Shown: positions 1 to 8,411 of the stretch, piece by piece
Layout: every line of letters begins with the position of its first letter
Numbering within the stretch: position 1 is the first letter of the stretch
Assembly: GCA_032249315.1 (NCBI GenBank)
Contig: JAVVGB010000003.1
Location: 19,099-51,098 of the forward strand
Length of the DNA stretch: 32,000 bases
Direction: 5' to 3'
Origin: Thermoproteota archaeon
GTDB lineage: Archaea > Thermoproteota > Thermoprotei > Gearchaeales > Gearchaeaceae
Notes under the pieces: generated by a model
What the model was told of the DNA's origin: nothing
Databases searched by the model: none
The model's input: the letters and a program-made list of their open reading frames with translations, nothing else
Translations under genes and position numbers: made by a program

Positions 1-203
1 AGAATATAATCTTCAATCTTCTTAATTTCTTCGTCATTTAAGTATCCTATTTTGGTTAACGGATTTATATTTAGCATCTTACAGATAGCTAAAGCAGTAT
101 TAAAACCTATACCCTTGATCTTTTGTAATGCATAATAAACTTGATCCTCTCCTTTCAGATCTTTACCTGTTATTCTAACTATTTGTTTGATTTCGGTGCT
201 CAC
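1..203 (-). CDS. rps13: 30S ribosomal protein S13 (uS13), N-terminal part, continues past window start; GTG start
   Basis: Minus-strand translation from GTG at 203: (M)STEIKQIVRITGKDLKGEDQVYYALQKIKGIGFNTALAICKMLNINPLTKIGYLNDEEIKKIEDYI; typical S13 helix-turn-helix N-terminus and expected position after cbf5. Confidence 0.9.
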   Translation of the reverse strand, partial: MSTEIKQIVRITGKDLKGEDQVYYALQKIKGIGFNTALAICKMLNINPLTKIGYLNDEEIKKIEDYI

Positions 204-287
204 GATAAAAGTATATTATTATTTTTTGCTTAAATTTTTTTCTAAAAGAAAAAGCAAAAATATTTCTGAAAAAATTATTTCTTTAGA

Positions 288-372
288 GCCGGGATTGCCT
301 AGCCTGGTAAGGCGCAGGCCTGGAGAGCCTGTGGGGATTTTCCCCGCGTGGGTTCAAATCCCACTCCCGGCG
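288..372 (+). tRNA. tRNA-Ser(GGA), 85 nt, long variable arm, no intron
   Basis: Acceptor GCCGGGA/TCCCGGC + G73, D arm GCC-TAGCCTGGTAA-GGC, anticodon loop CTGGAGA, variable arm GGGGATTTTCCCC, T arm GTGGGTTCAAATCCCAC. Confidence 0.95.
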
Positions 373-1333
373 TTTTCTATAATTCTTAATACTTTATCTA
401 CTTTTGCAACTATACCAGATTTTGACTTTACAATTTCCTCAGAATTTAGCTCAGATTTAGCTATAGCAATTATTTCGTTATATACTGTATTAATAGTAAC
501 TATAGATTTAGCTTTAACATCAGAAGTTACAGCTATAACTGCAGGAGAAGCTACAAAGGATCCATGGGTAATCGAAAATAAAGAAGAATCTTTAACATAA
601 ATTTTAGGTAAAAAGAATAACAATTCTTCCAAAGGTCTTACAAATTCATTTAAATAAGTAGGATTATTATAGTTTTTCCATTCTCTATAAGCACCAAAAA
701 GTTCATGCAAGGTTATTACTCTTTTATCATTTTCATTTAAGGTTCCTATTCCTATTCTTCTTAAATCTTTCATATGAGCTCCACAACCTAATATTTCACC
801 TATATCATGACATAATTTTCTAACATATGTTCCTGCTTGACATTTAATTTTTAATAATACATCTCTATCTTTAAAATCAAGAATTTCTATGTTGTAAATT
901 TTCCTTCTCCTAGGCTTTTTGCTAACAGCAGATCTTAAAGGTGGTTTTTGATAAATCTCTCCTATAAACATTTTAATAACTTTTTCAAGTTCATTTTTAT
1001 CTACATTTTCATGCAATTGCATTTCGCAAATATATTCTTTATCCATTTTAGCTAATAAATCAGCTACTTTTCTAGCTTTTCCAAAAAGTATTATTAATAA
1101 ACCCGAAACAGCGGGATTTCTCCTTAATAATCTAGAGTCCCGCTGTGGGCTACAGGAAATTGAAATTCATCTCTTATCCATGCAGCTATTTGATGACTTG
1201 TAGGTCCTTTAGGTTTGTCAATAATTGAATAACCTAATTGTAATTTTTCTTCGATACTTTTTTTTACCAAAGGTACTGGAGAAAGTATAATTTTATGTTT
1301 TGTAGTCTCTTTATATAAGATCTTTCTTTGCAT
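354..1333 (-). CDS. cbf5: Cbf5/TruB-family tRNA/rRNA pseudouridine synthase (H/ACA RNP catalytic subunit), interrupted by a 14-nt intron: join of complement 1132..1333 and complement 354..1117, 321 aa
   Basis: Two ORF-track fragments (1124..1333 and 354..1046) join in frame after removal of 1118..1131: ...HSGTLD-PAVSGLLIILFGKARKVADLLAKMDKEYICEM...; 202+764=966 nt=322 codons; catalytic GTLDP motif restored; position after L14e. Confidence 0.93.
1118..1131 (-). other. Predicted 14-nt archaeal (splicing-endonuclease type) intron in cbf5: ATTATTAAGGAGAA
   Basis: Exon helix ACAGCGGGA/TCCCGCTGT (9 bp), central helix CTCT/GGAG (one G-U), 3' bulge AA|A, 5' side AG|A; splicing gives GGG ACT CTA GAT CCC GCT GTT. 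Confidence 0.88.
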
Positions 1334-1610
1334 CTATAACAACACCTTCCCTAAAGAAAGAGATTAGATTTTCTTTCTCTATACTTTGTAATACTTCAGA
1401 ATCTGAAGCATTTTTGCTTATTTTTAATACATGTGGCAAAAATATTAAATGGTCAATATTTACTTTTCTCCTTCTTACTCCTGTTAAGCTTTTTGGTCCT
1501 GTCACAACAACATAATTTTTATCTATAATGTTAACTATTACGCATTTTCTTCCAGCATCCCTTCCTCTTATTTTAACACAAACCCTTCCTAATGTTACCA
1601 ATGGTGGCAT
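1311..1610 (-). CDS. rpl14e: 50S ribosomal protein L14e (eL14)
   Basis: MPPLVTLGRVCVKIRGRDAGRKCVIVNIIDKNYVVVTGP..GVRRRKVNIDHL; KOW-type L14e, gene order. Confidence 0.93.
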   Translation of the reverse strand: MPPLVTLGRVCVKIRGRDAGRKCVIVNIIDKNYVVVTGPKSLTGVRRRKVNIDHLIFLPHVLKISKNASDSEVLQSIEKENLISFFREGVVIDAKKDLI

Positions 1611-2148
1611 TTTTCTTAGAAAGATATGATTTTATTATAAATATAAGTATTTTTGCAACATCTTCAATTCCAAATAATGCAGTATTGATCATTATATCTA
1701 TAGGAGACAAATCATCAATGTTTATTCCATAAATTTCCATGTATCTTTTTTTATTGCTTTTCTCTCTAGCTAAAATTTCTTTTTTTGCTTCTTCAAAGCT
1801 TTTACCTTCTCTTTCCATTAGCCTTTTAATTCTTTCATTCAAAGGTGCAGTTACATAAATTTTTATATCTGCTATGTCCTTTAAGAGCCAACAAGCTAAA
1901 TGTCCTTCAACTACAATGTTACCTTTTTTAGCTTCTTCCAAAGCCATTTTATCTACCATAATATCATATTCATAATTCTTTTCAGCTAAAGCATGGAATT
2001 CTTCTAAGTTTATATTTAATTTTTTAGCTATTTCTCTGAATGCTGCACCAGTTGAAAATAATCTTAATCCTAATTCTTGAGATATAATTTTAGCATATGT
2101 TGATTTACCTGACGCAGGAGGGCCGCTAACAGTTATTATTATATTCAA
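1573..2148 (-). CDS. cmk: Cytidylate kinase (archaeal type)
   Basis: N-terminal SGPPASGKSTYAK P-loop, STGAAFREIA, EGHLACWLL; located between L34e and L14e as in many archaea. Confidence 0.9.
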   Translation of the reverse strand: MNIIITVSGPPASGKSTYAKIISQELGLRLFSTGAAFREIAKKLNINLEEFHALAEKNYEYDIMVDKMALEEAKKGNIVVEGHLACWLLKDIADIKIYVTAPLNERIKRLMEREGKSFEEAKKEILAREKSNKKRYMEIYGINIDDLSPIDIMINTALFGIEDVAKILIFIIKSYLSKKNATIGNIRKGLC

Positions 2149-2405
2149 ATTTGAAAAGACTCAATTATTTTATTTTCAAGAATTTTTTTCAAACAATTGG
2201 GACATAAATATCCACCAAAGATTCTTTTAGGTCTTCTTGAAGATCTAGGTAAGCTTTTATAACCGTGATTTGTTCCGTGCAATTCAGATTTGCAAATTGC
2301 ACATTTATCTCTATTTCTTTTTTCTTTCAAGTAATGTATTGCATACCTTCCGCCAGGTGTCCTTACAATATGATATTTTTTACTTCTTAATGAAGGTTTC
2401 GGCAT
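2145..2405 (-). CDS. rpl34e: 50S ribosomal protein L34e (eL34)
   Basis: MPKPSLRSKKYHIVRTPGGRYAIHYLKEKRNRDKCAICKSEL..YLCPNC. Confidence 0.92.
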   Translation of the reverse strand: MPKPSLRSKKYHIVRTPGGRYAIHYLKEKRNRDKCAICKSELHGTNHGYKSLPRSSRRPKRIFGGYLCPNCLKKILENKIIESFQI

Positions 2406-2426
2406 GTTATAATATACATATAATGT

Positions 2427-2888
2427 TTAATAAGAATATATACCTAATATTCTGTTTATTAAGAAACTTATAAAGAAAGTACATATCATATACCAAGCAA
2501 CAAAACCTATTTCATGGGAAATTAAAGGGAAAAAAGCAATACCTTGGATTAAACTAAAAGTTTGGTATAACCAAATAAAAAACAAATAAAAAGGTATAAT
2601 GAGAATAGTAAAATTCAAGAGACTTATTCTCAATGTTTGCCATTTCATTTTATCAATATAAGGTTTCTTTGCTTGTAATTTATTTAATTTTTGAGTATCT
2701 TTATTTCTCACTGCTTTAAAAAATTCTGAATCAAATTCTCTTATTTCCTTCATTATTCTTCTATATCTTTCCAAACCAAAAAATTTGCTTATAATTATTC
2801 TGCTAACCAATGCTGAAATTAAAGGAGAGGGTATAGCAAATAAAAATATTAAAAAAGTAGCAATGAATGGTGAATCGGCTATTATCAT
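2427..2888 (-). CDS. DUF106 membrane protein (EMC3/TMCO1/YidC-like insertase superfamily)
   Basis: Three hydrophobic segments with charged coiled region RIMKEIREFDSEFFKAVRNKDTQKLNKLQAKKPYIDKM; adjacent to secY. Confidence 0.8.
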   Translation of the reverse strand: MIIADSPFIATFLIFLFAIPSPLISALVSRIIISKFFGLERYRRIMKEIREFDSEFFKAVRNKDTQKLNKLQAKKPYIDKMKWQTLRISLLNFTILIIPFYLFFIWLYQTFSLIQGIAFFPLISHEIGFVAWYMICTFFISFLINRILGIYSY

Positions 2889-4306
2889 TCTCCCTTCAAA
2901 AATCTTGCAAGTGATGGGAATTCTTCTTCAATTTTTTGCTGCAACAAAATTCTGTAATATTGATATATAATACCAACAGATAATAAAATACCTATTCCTG
3001 TTCCAATTATTCCCAAAGCGTCAGAAACTGATGCAAGAAGTCCTATAATTAAACCGCTAAACCAAGTTAATGTAGGTATATATCTGTTAAGAAGTTGCTT
3101 TAAAACAATTTCACTATGTCTAAATCCTTTTACTTGTATACCTGATTTGATCATTCTTTTAGCTTGTTCTTCAGCACTCATCCCAGATGTTTCTACCCAT
3201 GCTTTTGCAAAAAGAACACAAAGACCTGAAAAAATTAAAATATATATTATTGCATGAAGCGGATCATGCATCACATTATATATGTTTCTTGGCGGAGATA
3301 AATAATAAATTAAGCCACCAGTAGGCACTGCTTGATTTCCTACAACATTAAATTGAGCTATCATGTTTAAAAGAGGATCAGTATTAGATCTGTTATAATT
3401 ATTCCAAGTCATTTGAGAAAAGAAAAGTAAGTTAGCAGTTAAAGCTCCAGCTAATATTACAGGAACGTTTGAAACATATATTAACTGTAATGGTATTTTA
3501 GCTTTTAACCCTCCATATTTAGGATAAGCTACAGGAATTTCTATTTTTACTCCTTGAAGATAAACTATTAAAAATAAAACTATAATCATAGCTATTAAAC
3601 CTATAAGTGAAGAAGATCTTGCAATGTTAGGATTGCCAAATATTAAGTTACTAACAACATCGCCTCCAGCAGCAACATGAACCAAACGGGGAAAGAATCC
3701 AACATAGCTCCCGTTAATAATTACAGGGCTAAATAATTCAGTGAAAATTTGTGAAGCTACACCTGCTAATATGAATAGACTTACTGCACTACCAAAACCC
3801 CAGCCTTTTTGTAATATCTCATCAAATAAAATTATTAATATACCTACAGCAAACAACTGAATAACAACCAAAACTGCTGCAGACATACTTTGAACTCTTA
3901 ATAATCCACCTGCTATGAAAACAATTGCTTCCAATAAAGTAAATAATATTGCAAGTAATTTTTGAGTTCCAGTAAATAAAGCTCTTTGCTTTTTATCGGT
4001 AAGATCCAAATTAATTATCTTTGAACCTACCAGCAATTGCATTATTAAACCTGCAGTAACAATTGGTCCTACACCGAGTTGCGCTAAAGTACCAAATTTA
4101 GCAGCAAAAATTATCGAAAATAAAGGCGAAAATGCTTCTTGTTGTTCCTTTGCAATAGGATATAAAGGTATTTGTGTAAAAGCTAAATAAATTGTTAAAA
4201 CAATAACAGTCCAAACCAACTTTTCTCTAAAACCTACTATTCTTTTTGCTTTGGGTACTTCAGGTAATATAGATAATATAGGTCTTAAGGATTCAAGAAC
4301 TGTCAT
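2885..4306 (-). CDS. secY: Protein translocase subunit SecY/Sec61 alpha
   Basis: 473 aa multi-spanning protein, ..PKAKRIVGFREKLVWTVIVLTIYLAFTQIPLYPI.., ..VPNVPVILAGAL-like SNVPVILAGALTANLL; spc-operon position. Confidence 0.96.
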   Translation of the reverse strand: MTVLESLRPILSILPEVPKAKRIVGFREKLVWTVIVLTIYLAFTQIPLYPIAKEQQEAFSPLFSIIFAAKFGTLAQLGVGPIVTAGLIMQLLVGSKIINLDLTDKKQRALFTGTQKLLAILFTLLEAIVFIAGGLLRVQSMSAAVLVVIQLFAVGILIILFDEILQKGWGFGSAVSLFILAGVASQIFTELFSPVIINGSYVGFFPRLVHVAAGGDVVSNLIFGNPNIARSSSLIGLIAMIIVLFLIVYLQGVKIEIPVAYPKYGGLKAKIPLQLIYVSNVPVILAGALTANLLFFSQMTWNNYNRSNTDPLLNMIAQFNVVGNQAVPTGGLIYYLSPPRNIYNVMHDPLHAIIYILIFSGLCVLFAKAWVETSGMSAEEQAKRMIKSGIQVKGFRHSEIVLKQLLNRYIPTLTWFSGLIIGLLASVSDALGIIGTGIGILLSVGIIYQYYRILLQQKIEEEFPSLARFLKGE

Positions 4307-4748
4307 TTCTAACCACAGGTATGCTTCCTAATGATTTTATCTTTTCTAAAGCTTTCTCACTAAAGAATTTTGCTTTTATAATGAACTTATTATTTAATGA
4401 ACCATTACTTAAAACTTTATCATATCCCCATTCAGTTAAATCTATTTCATAGTAACCATTTTCATTAGGTTTTAAAATTCCTTTTTCAATTAAAGAAAAG
4501 GCAATATTTGAAATTTGGCTCAGATTTATTGTATTATAATATTTTCTATTTGGTCTTACAAATCCATGTTTACCAAAATAATCAGGCTCATACCTTAATA
4601 CCCAACTCCATTTGTGTTTGCCACTTTTTCTTCCTGCATTTCCAACACCACCCTTAGAACCGCTTTTTCTATGCTGACCAACTCTACCATAACCATGAGT
4701 ACGATAACCTCGAAGTTTTCTTGACTTTTTTTCTTTCCTTGTTACCAT
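4293..4748 (-). CDS. rpl15: 50S ribosomal protein L15 (uL15)
   Basis: KKSRKLRGYRTHGYGRVGQHRKSGSKGGVGNAGRKSGKHKW. Confidence 0.95.
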   Translation of the reverse strand: MVTRKEKKSRKLRGYRTHGYGRVGQHRKSGSKGGVGNAGRKSGKHKWSWVLRYEPDYFGKHGFVRPNRKYYNTINLSQISNIAFSLIEKGILKPNENGYYEIDLTEWGYDKVLSNGSLNNKFIIKAKFFSEKALEKIKSLGSIPVVRNDSS

Positions 4749-4794
4749 ATAAGTATAATATAAAATACATATACAAAGAAATAAAAAGTTAACC

Positions 4795-5256
4795 TTAAAT
4801 CATACGTAAAATTAGCTCATTAATTTTTTCTCCTCTATACCCTAATTCCCCTCCTTGAGAGAAAAACTTTTTTGTAGAATGTTTAAAGCCTTTCTTCGGA
4901 GGTGAAAGTCTAAATACAGGTTTAATAAAGTTAGGAATTTTTCCTGTTTTTAAAATATATTCAGCTAATTCTTCGAACGTTGCAAAGTTATACTTTTGAA
5001 GAATTTCTTCAGTTAATTTTTTATTTCCTTTAATTCTACCTCTTTTCTTTAAAAGTTCTATAAGCACATCTTTATTTATTTCTCCATAGGTTGTAACTTC
5101 AGAAACAACTTTTAACATTCCAAGTATAGAAGAAGTTTTTGGATACAATGTACATATATTTACTCTTGTTAATCTCAAAAGACGGGCAGTAAACCTAACT
5201 TCAGGCCTTCTATCTATTAAGCTTCTTATTCTAATTACAGCTAATAATTCTGGCAT
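4795..5256 (-). CDS. rpl30: 50S ribosomal protein L30 (uL30, archaeal/L7-like)
   Basis: MPELLAVIRIRSLIDRRPEVRFTARLLRLTRVNICTLYPKT..; ends FRLSPPKKGFKHSTKKFFSQGGELGYRG. Confidence 0.95.
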   Translation of the reverse strand: MPELLAVIRIRSLIDRRPEVRFTARLLRLTRVNICTLYPKTSSILGMLKVVSEVTTYGEINKDVLIELLKKRGRIKGNKKLTEEILQKYNFATFEELAEYILKTGKIPNFIKPVFRLSPPKKGFKHSTKKFFSQGGELGYRGEKINELILRMI

Positions 5257-5870
5257 TAGAAAACGTTTAATTTATATAGATTTTTAAAAGCGTCATAAAC
5301 AGCAAATGCAAAATTTATATGATTACTTGTGTTCCCTTTTGTCCATGTCCATACATCATTTATGCCAGCCAATGCAAATATAGGTTTTATAAATTCTCCT
5401 GCTACTAAACCTAAACCATATGGTGCAGGAAACAAAGCTATTCTTACGCTTCCATATTTTCCTCTAACTTTAAAGGGAATACTATGAGGTCTATTACATG
5501 AGCATTCCCAACTCCCACAACCCCTTATCACAGGTATTATATTTAGTTTCGCATTATAGGTTGCTTTTTCTATAGCATTTCTTGTTTGTTTTGCTTTACC
5601 TAACCCTATACCTACATGGCCATTTTTATCTCCCACCACCACAAGACTTTCAAACCTTGTAACTTCCCCTGCAGCTGTTTGTTTTTGTACAGCTCTTGTA
5701 AAAAGCACCTGTACTTGTAAATTAGGAATTAAAATATCTACAATAGCTGGTTCTTGAATTCTTAAATTATTTTCAAAGATCTCATCTATAGAATTTATTT
5801 TACCTTCTCTTACTAATTTTCCTAATGTTGTGGTAGGCTCCCAACTTTCCAAGCTCGTCATTTTATCCAA
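5256..5870 (-). CDS. rps5: 30S ribosomal protein S5 (uS5)
   Basis: SFESLVVVGDKNGHVGIGLGKAKQTRNAIEKA-type S5 motif, ..IRRGCGSWEC-like IPVIRGCGSWECSC. Confidence 0.95.
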   Translation of the reverse strand: MDKMTSLESWEPTTTLGKLVREGKINSIDEIFENNLRIQEPAIVDILIPNLQVQVLFTRAVQKQTAAGEVTRFESLVVVGDKNGHVGIGLGKAKQTRNAIEKATYNAKLNIIPVIRGCGSWECSCNRPHSIPFKVRGKYGSVRIALFPAPYGLGLVAGEFIKPIFALAGINDVWTWTKGNTSNHINFAFAVYDAFKNLYKLNVF

Positions 5871-6474
5871 ACCTCTCTTTAATTAATGAAAAAGTTTTAT
5901 TAAAATATTCTTCTATATTTTCAGGCATAATATTTTGGGAAATAAGATAAGAAAAACGTTTTTTGTAATTTTCTTCATTTGTTTCTTTTAAAAGTTTAGC
6001 ATATTTGATTATATGATTACCTTTTATACGTTCCTCAGAAGGAAGCATTTCTGGATCTACAGGAACTTTTAATCCTGCATCCAAAATTCCTTTGATTACA
6101 GCAAAAATTCTTGAGCCTTTTGTAGCTGAATGTAAGCCTATGTCTAAAGCTACATTTTCTATTTTTTTCTGCAGAGCAATTTTTCCAGCTATATACCCAA
6201 TTAAATAACATGCAGACAAGTTTTTACAACTGTAAGGCCATCCAAATTTCTTTAAAATTATTGAATTGATACCTGCTAAACATATATCTCCTTTAATAGC
6301 TGGTTTAATAAATTGAATATTAATATATTTATTAGATCTTCTTACAACTAACCTTGTTTTCCCAGAAATTACGAATATTTTACGTTTATAATAATTGGTT
6401 AAACCTTTTCTTCTACGCTTAAATTTTAATAATTTCTTAGCCATTTTAAGTTTGACCGCTTTTATAACTTTCAA
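5863..6474 (-). CDS. rpl18: 50S ribosomal protein L18 (uL18)
   Basis: FKRRRKGLTNYYKRKIFVISGKTRLVVRRSNKYINIQFI.. ; gene order. Confidence 0.93.
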   Translation of the reverse strand: MKVIKAVKLKMAKKLLKFKRRRKGLTNYYKRKIFVISGKTRLVVRRSNKYINIQFIKPAIKGDICLAGINSIILKKFGWPYSCKNLSACYLIGYIAGKIALQKKIENVALDIGLHSATKGSRIFAVIKGILDAGLKVPVDPEMLPSEERIKGNHIIKYAKLLKETNEENYKKRFSYLISQNIMPENIEEYFNKTFSLIKERFG

Positions 6475-6889
6475 TATATGCCCTAATTCTTGCTCGAGAT
6501 GTTAATATTCCTGCTTTAACATATTTTCTTAACTTTTGGTATAATTTATTATCAATAAGTCCTTTATCGTATAGATTCCTTAGGTATTTTCTTAATCCTC
6601 TTATCTTTTTTACATATTCCTTTTTCTTAATTTTGATCTTCTTCCCTTTTATGCTTCCTGGACCTTTTCGTAATCCTTTTCTCTTTTGCTTTAATTTTTT
6701 CCTAAACCTTCCTTTACTAATTCCTTTTTTTGACTTGATTTTTATTATACCATCTTCAATTAATTTCCTTATTTCTTCACGTGAAATTACTGTTGATAAC
6801 TTATCATAATATTCAGGATCAATATATACTCTGCTTTTACCTACGCCTTTTACTTTAGCAGCTAATTCTCTAACATAATCTAAGCTCAT
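6446..6889 (-). CDS. rpl19e: 50S ribosomal protein L19e (eL19)
   Basis: GKSRVYIDPEYYDKLSTVISREEIRKLIEDGIIKIKSKKGISKGRFR..RKGPGSIKGKK. Confidence 0.95.
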   Translation of the reverse strand: MSLDYVRELAAKVKGVGKSRVYIDPEYYDKLSTVISREEIRKLIEDGIIKIKSKKGISKGRFRKKLKQKRKGLRKGPGSIKGKKIKIKKKEYVKKIRGLRKYLRNLYDKGLIDNKLYQKLRKYVKAGILTSRARIRAYIESYKSGQT

Positions 6890-7273
6890 TTAAATCACCG
6901 GATTAGCTACTTTTATACCAAGTTTATTGGCAATATCTAATATTTGTAATCTTTTCTTTTTACCTACGGAAGCAGCTATTCTTATTATATGTTTATTTTT
7001 ATCTAATTTTTCTACTTCTTTAGCATTATGAACGATAACTTCCATTAAACCAGAGGGGTGCAAATATCTTGCCTTTTTAATTTTTCTATATCCTATATTT
7101 ACTATAGGAGGCCAACCTTTTCTCTTTAAACGCATTTTGGTATCTAAACCTTTAGGTCTTCTCCAACCCGAATCTTCAAGTCTTTTAACTTTCCATGAAT
7201 CTGCTCTTACAAAATCTGGCATTTTTCTTTTTTGTTTTTCTCTAATTTTTAAGGCTTTATTTATCTCCTTCAT
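6890..7273 (-). CDS. rpl32e: 50S ribosomal protein L32e (eL32)
   Basis: FVRADSWKVKRLEDSGWRRPKGLDTKMRLKRKGWPPIVNIGYR. Confidence 0.95.
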   Translation of the reverse strand: MKEINKALKIREKQKRKMPDFVRADSWKVKRLEDSGWRRPKGLDTKMRLKRKGWPPIVNIGYRKIKKARYLHPSGLMEVIVHNAKEVEKLDKNKHIIRIAASVGKKKRLQILDIANKLGIKVANPVI

Positions 7274-7839
7274 TTTCCTCTATAATAAACATAAATTCCA
7301 TCTAAGAATTTCCTAGGATCCTTATCTTTAATTTTTGTTGCTAATTGAATATTAAAAGCTGTTTGGCTTACTTCATCTTTATCTATTCCACTTATTATTA
7401 CATCTTCTCCTTCAACTTTTACCTGCGTATACTTACCTAAAATTTTTGCTACTCTTGGTGATCTCTCACCTATAAAGTTTTCAATATATACGGTATCTCC
7501 TTTAACTTTAACATTAATAGGAAAGTGAGTATGAACTATTTTAAGTTTATAAACATATCCTTCAATTACTCCTTTTATTGAATTTTTTATTTTCGATGCT
7601 AAAGTATATAATAAGGATTTACCTCTTTTGCCTTTAATATAAACTTCTATTATTATCTTGTTATTTTCCTTGTAGATTTTATACTTATTTTTGGAAATGT
7701 TTAACTTTCTTGGACTAAAGTCTTTTACAATTTCACCTTTTGGACCTTGTATTTTTACCAAATAATTATCGTCGATATCCACATTTATATCCTCAGGTAT
7801 AGGTAATTCCTCTTTAAAAATTAATTGATTAATAGACAT
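7270..7839 (-). CDS. rpl6: 50S ribosomal protein L6 (uL6)
   Basis: VKIQGPKGEIVKDFSP..; THFPINVKVKGDTVYIENFIGERSPR. Confidence 0.95.
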   Translation of the reverse strand: MSINQLIFKEELPIPEDINVDIDDNYLVKIQGPKGEIVKDFSPRKLNISKNKYKIYKENNKIIIEVYIKGKRGKSLLYTLASKIKNSIKGVIEGYVYKLKIVHTHFPINVKVKGDTVYIENFIGERSPRVAKILGKYTQVKVEGEDVIISGIDKDEVSQTAFNIQLATKIKDKDPRKFLDGIYVYYRGK

Positions 7840-8212
7840 AAGCTAAAGCTACTCCTCCAATTCTTTTTTCAAATGCCTCTTTAGTTGTCATGACACCTTG
7901 GTTTGTTGTCACTATAATTATTCCAATATCTCTGCTAGGCAAGTACTTGCTCTCTAATTTTACAAATTCCCTATAACTATATCCTAGTCTAGGTTTTATT
8001 ATACCGCAATTATTTATTCTTCCAAGTAATTGTATTCTAATCTTAGAACCTCTTCCATCATCTATTACTTCAAATTCTCCAATATATCTATGACGTTGAA
8101 TTGTTTTTAACACCTCAATCAAAAGTTTTGATGAAGGATAAACTAGGCATTCTTTTTTATTCCTCATCTCTGCATTTTTAATTGAAGTTATCATATTAGC
8201 AAGGAGCCTCAT
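7829..8212 (-). CDS. rps8: 30S ribosomal protein S8 (uS8)
   Basis: LANMITSIKNAEMRNKKECLVYPSSKLLIEVLKTIQRHRYIGEFE..GVMTTKEAFEKRIGGVALAYVY. Confidence 0.95.
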   Translation of the reverse strand: MRLLANMITSIKNAEMRNKKECLVYPSSKLLIEVLKTIQRHRYIGEFEVIDDGRGSKIRIQLLGRINNCGIIKPRLGYSYREFVKLESKYLPSRDIGIIIVTTNQGVMTTKEAFEKRIGGVALAYVY

Positions 8213-8249
8213 GATAACTTATTATTTTAAAAAAGCAACATATAAACCT

Positions 8250-8411
8250 TTATTCATATTTTTTAAATCCGACCAAAGGAGCAATTTCCCTAAAACATCT
8301 TCGACAATAATATAAATTATATTTCTTTATTACACCTTTTGTAGTACCGCATCGTTTGCATTTAGAAACGATTTTACCAAACTTTCTTTCCTTGGGTTTT
8401 ATTTTACCCAT
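8250..8411 (-). CDS. rps14: 30S ribosomal protein S14 (uS14, zinc-binding), 53 aa, missed by ORF track
   Basis: Manual minus-strand translation MGKIKPKERKFGKIVSKCKRCGTTKGVIKKYNLYYCRRCFREIAPLVGFKKYE*; CxxC...CxxC, between L5 and S8. Confidence 0.95.
   Translation of the reverse strand: MGKIKPKERKFGKIVSKCKRCGTTKGVIKKYNLYYCRRCFREIAPLVGFKKYE

Noticed and set aside
187-600. + strand ORF of 137 aa across tRNA-Ser and cbf5 3' end
   Set aside because: Spans a tRNA gene and is antisense to cbf5; composition is low-complexity hydrophobic/Ser-rich with no recognisable family.
354-1046. ORF-track start at 1046 as a stand-alone gene (MDKEYICEM...)
   Set aside because: It is the 3' exon of cbf5; the homologous frame continues upstream to 1117 (PAVSGLLIILFGKARKVADLLAK) and joins the 5' exon across the 14-nt intron.
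1124-1333. Interpreting the split cbf5 as a decayed pseudogene or random frameshift
   Set aside because: A 14-nt excision restores all expected motif residues and is flanked by the pairing expected of an archaeal splice site; the rest of the ORF is intact.
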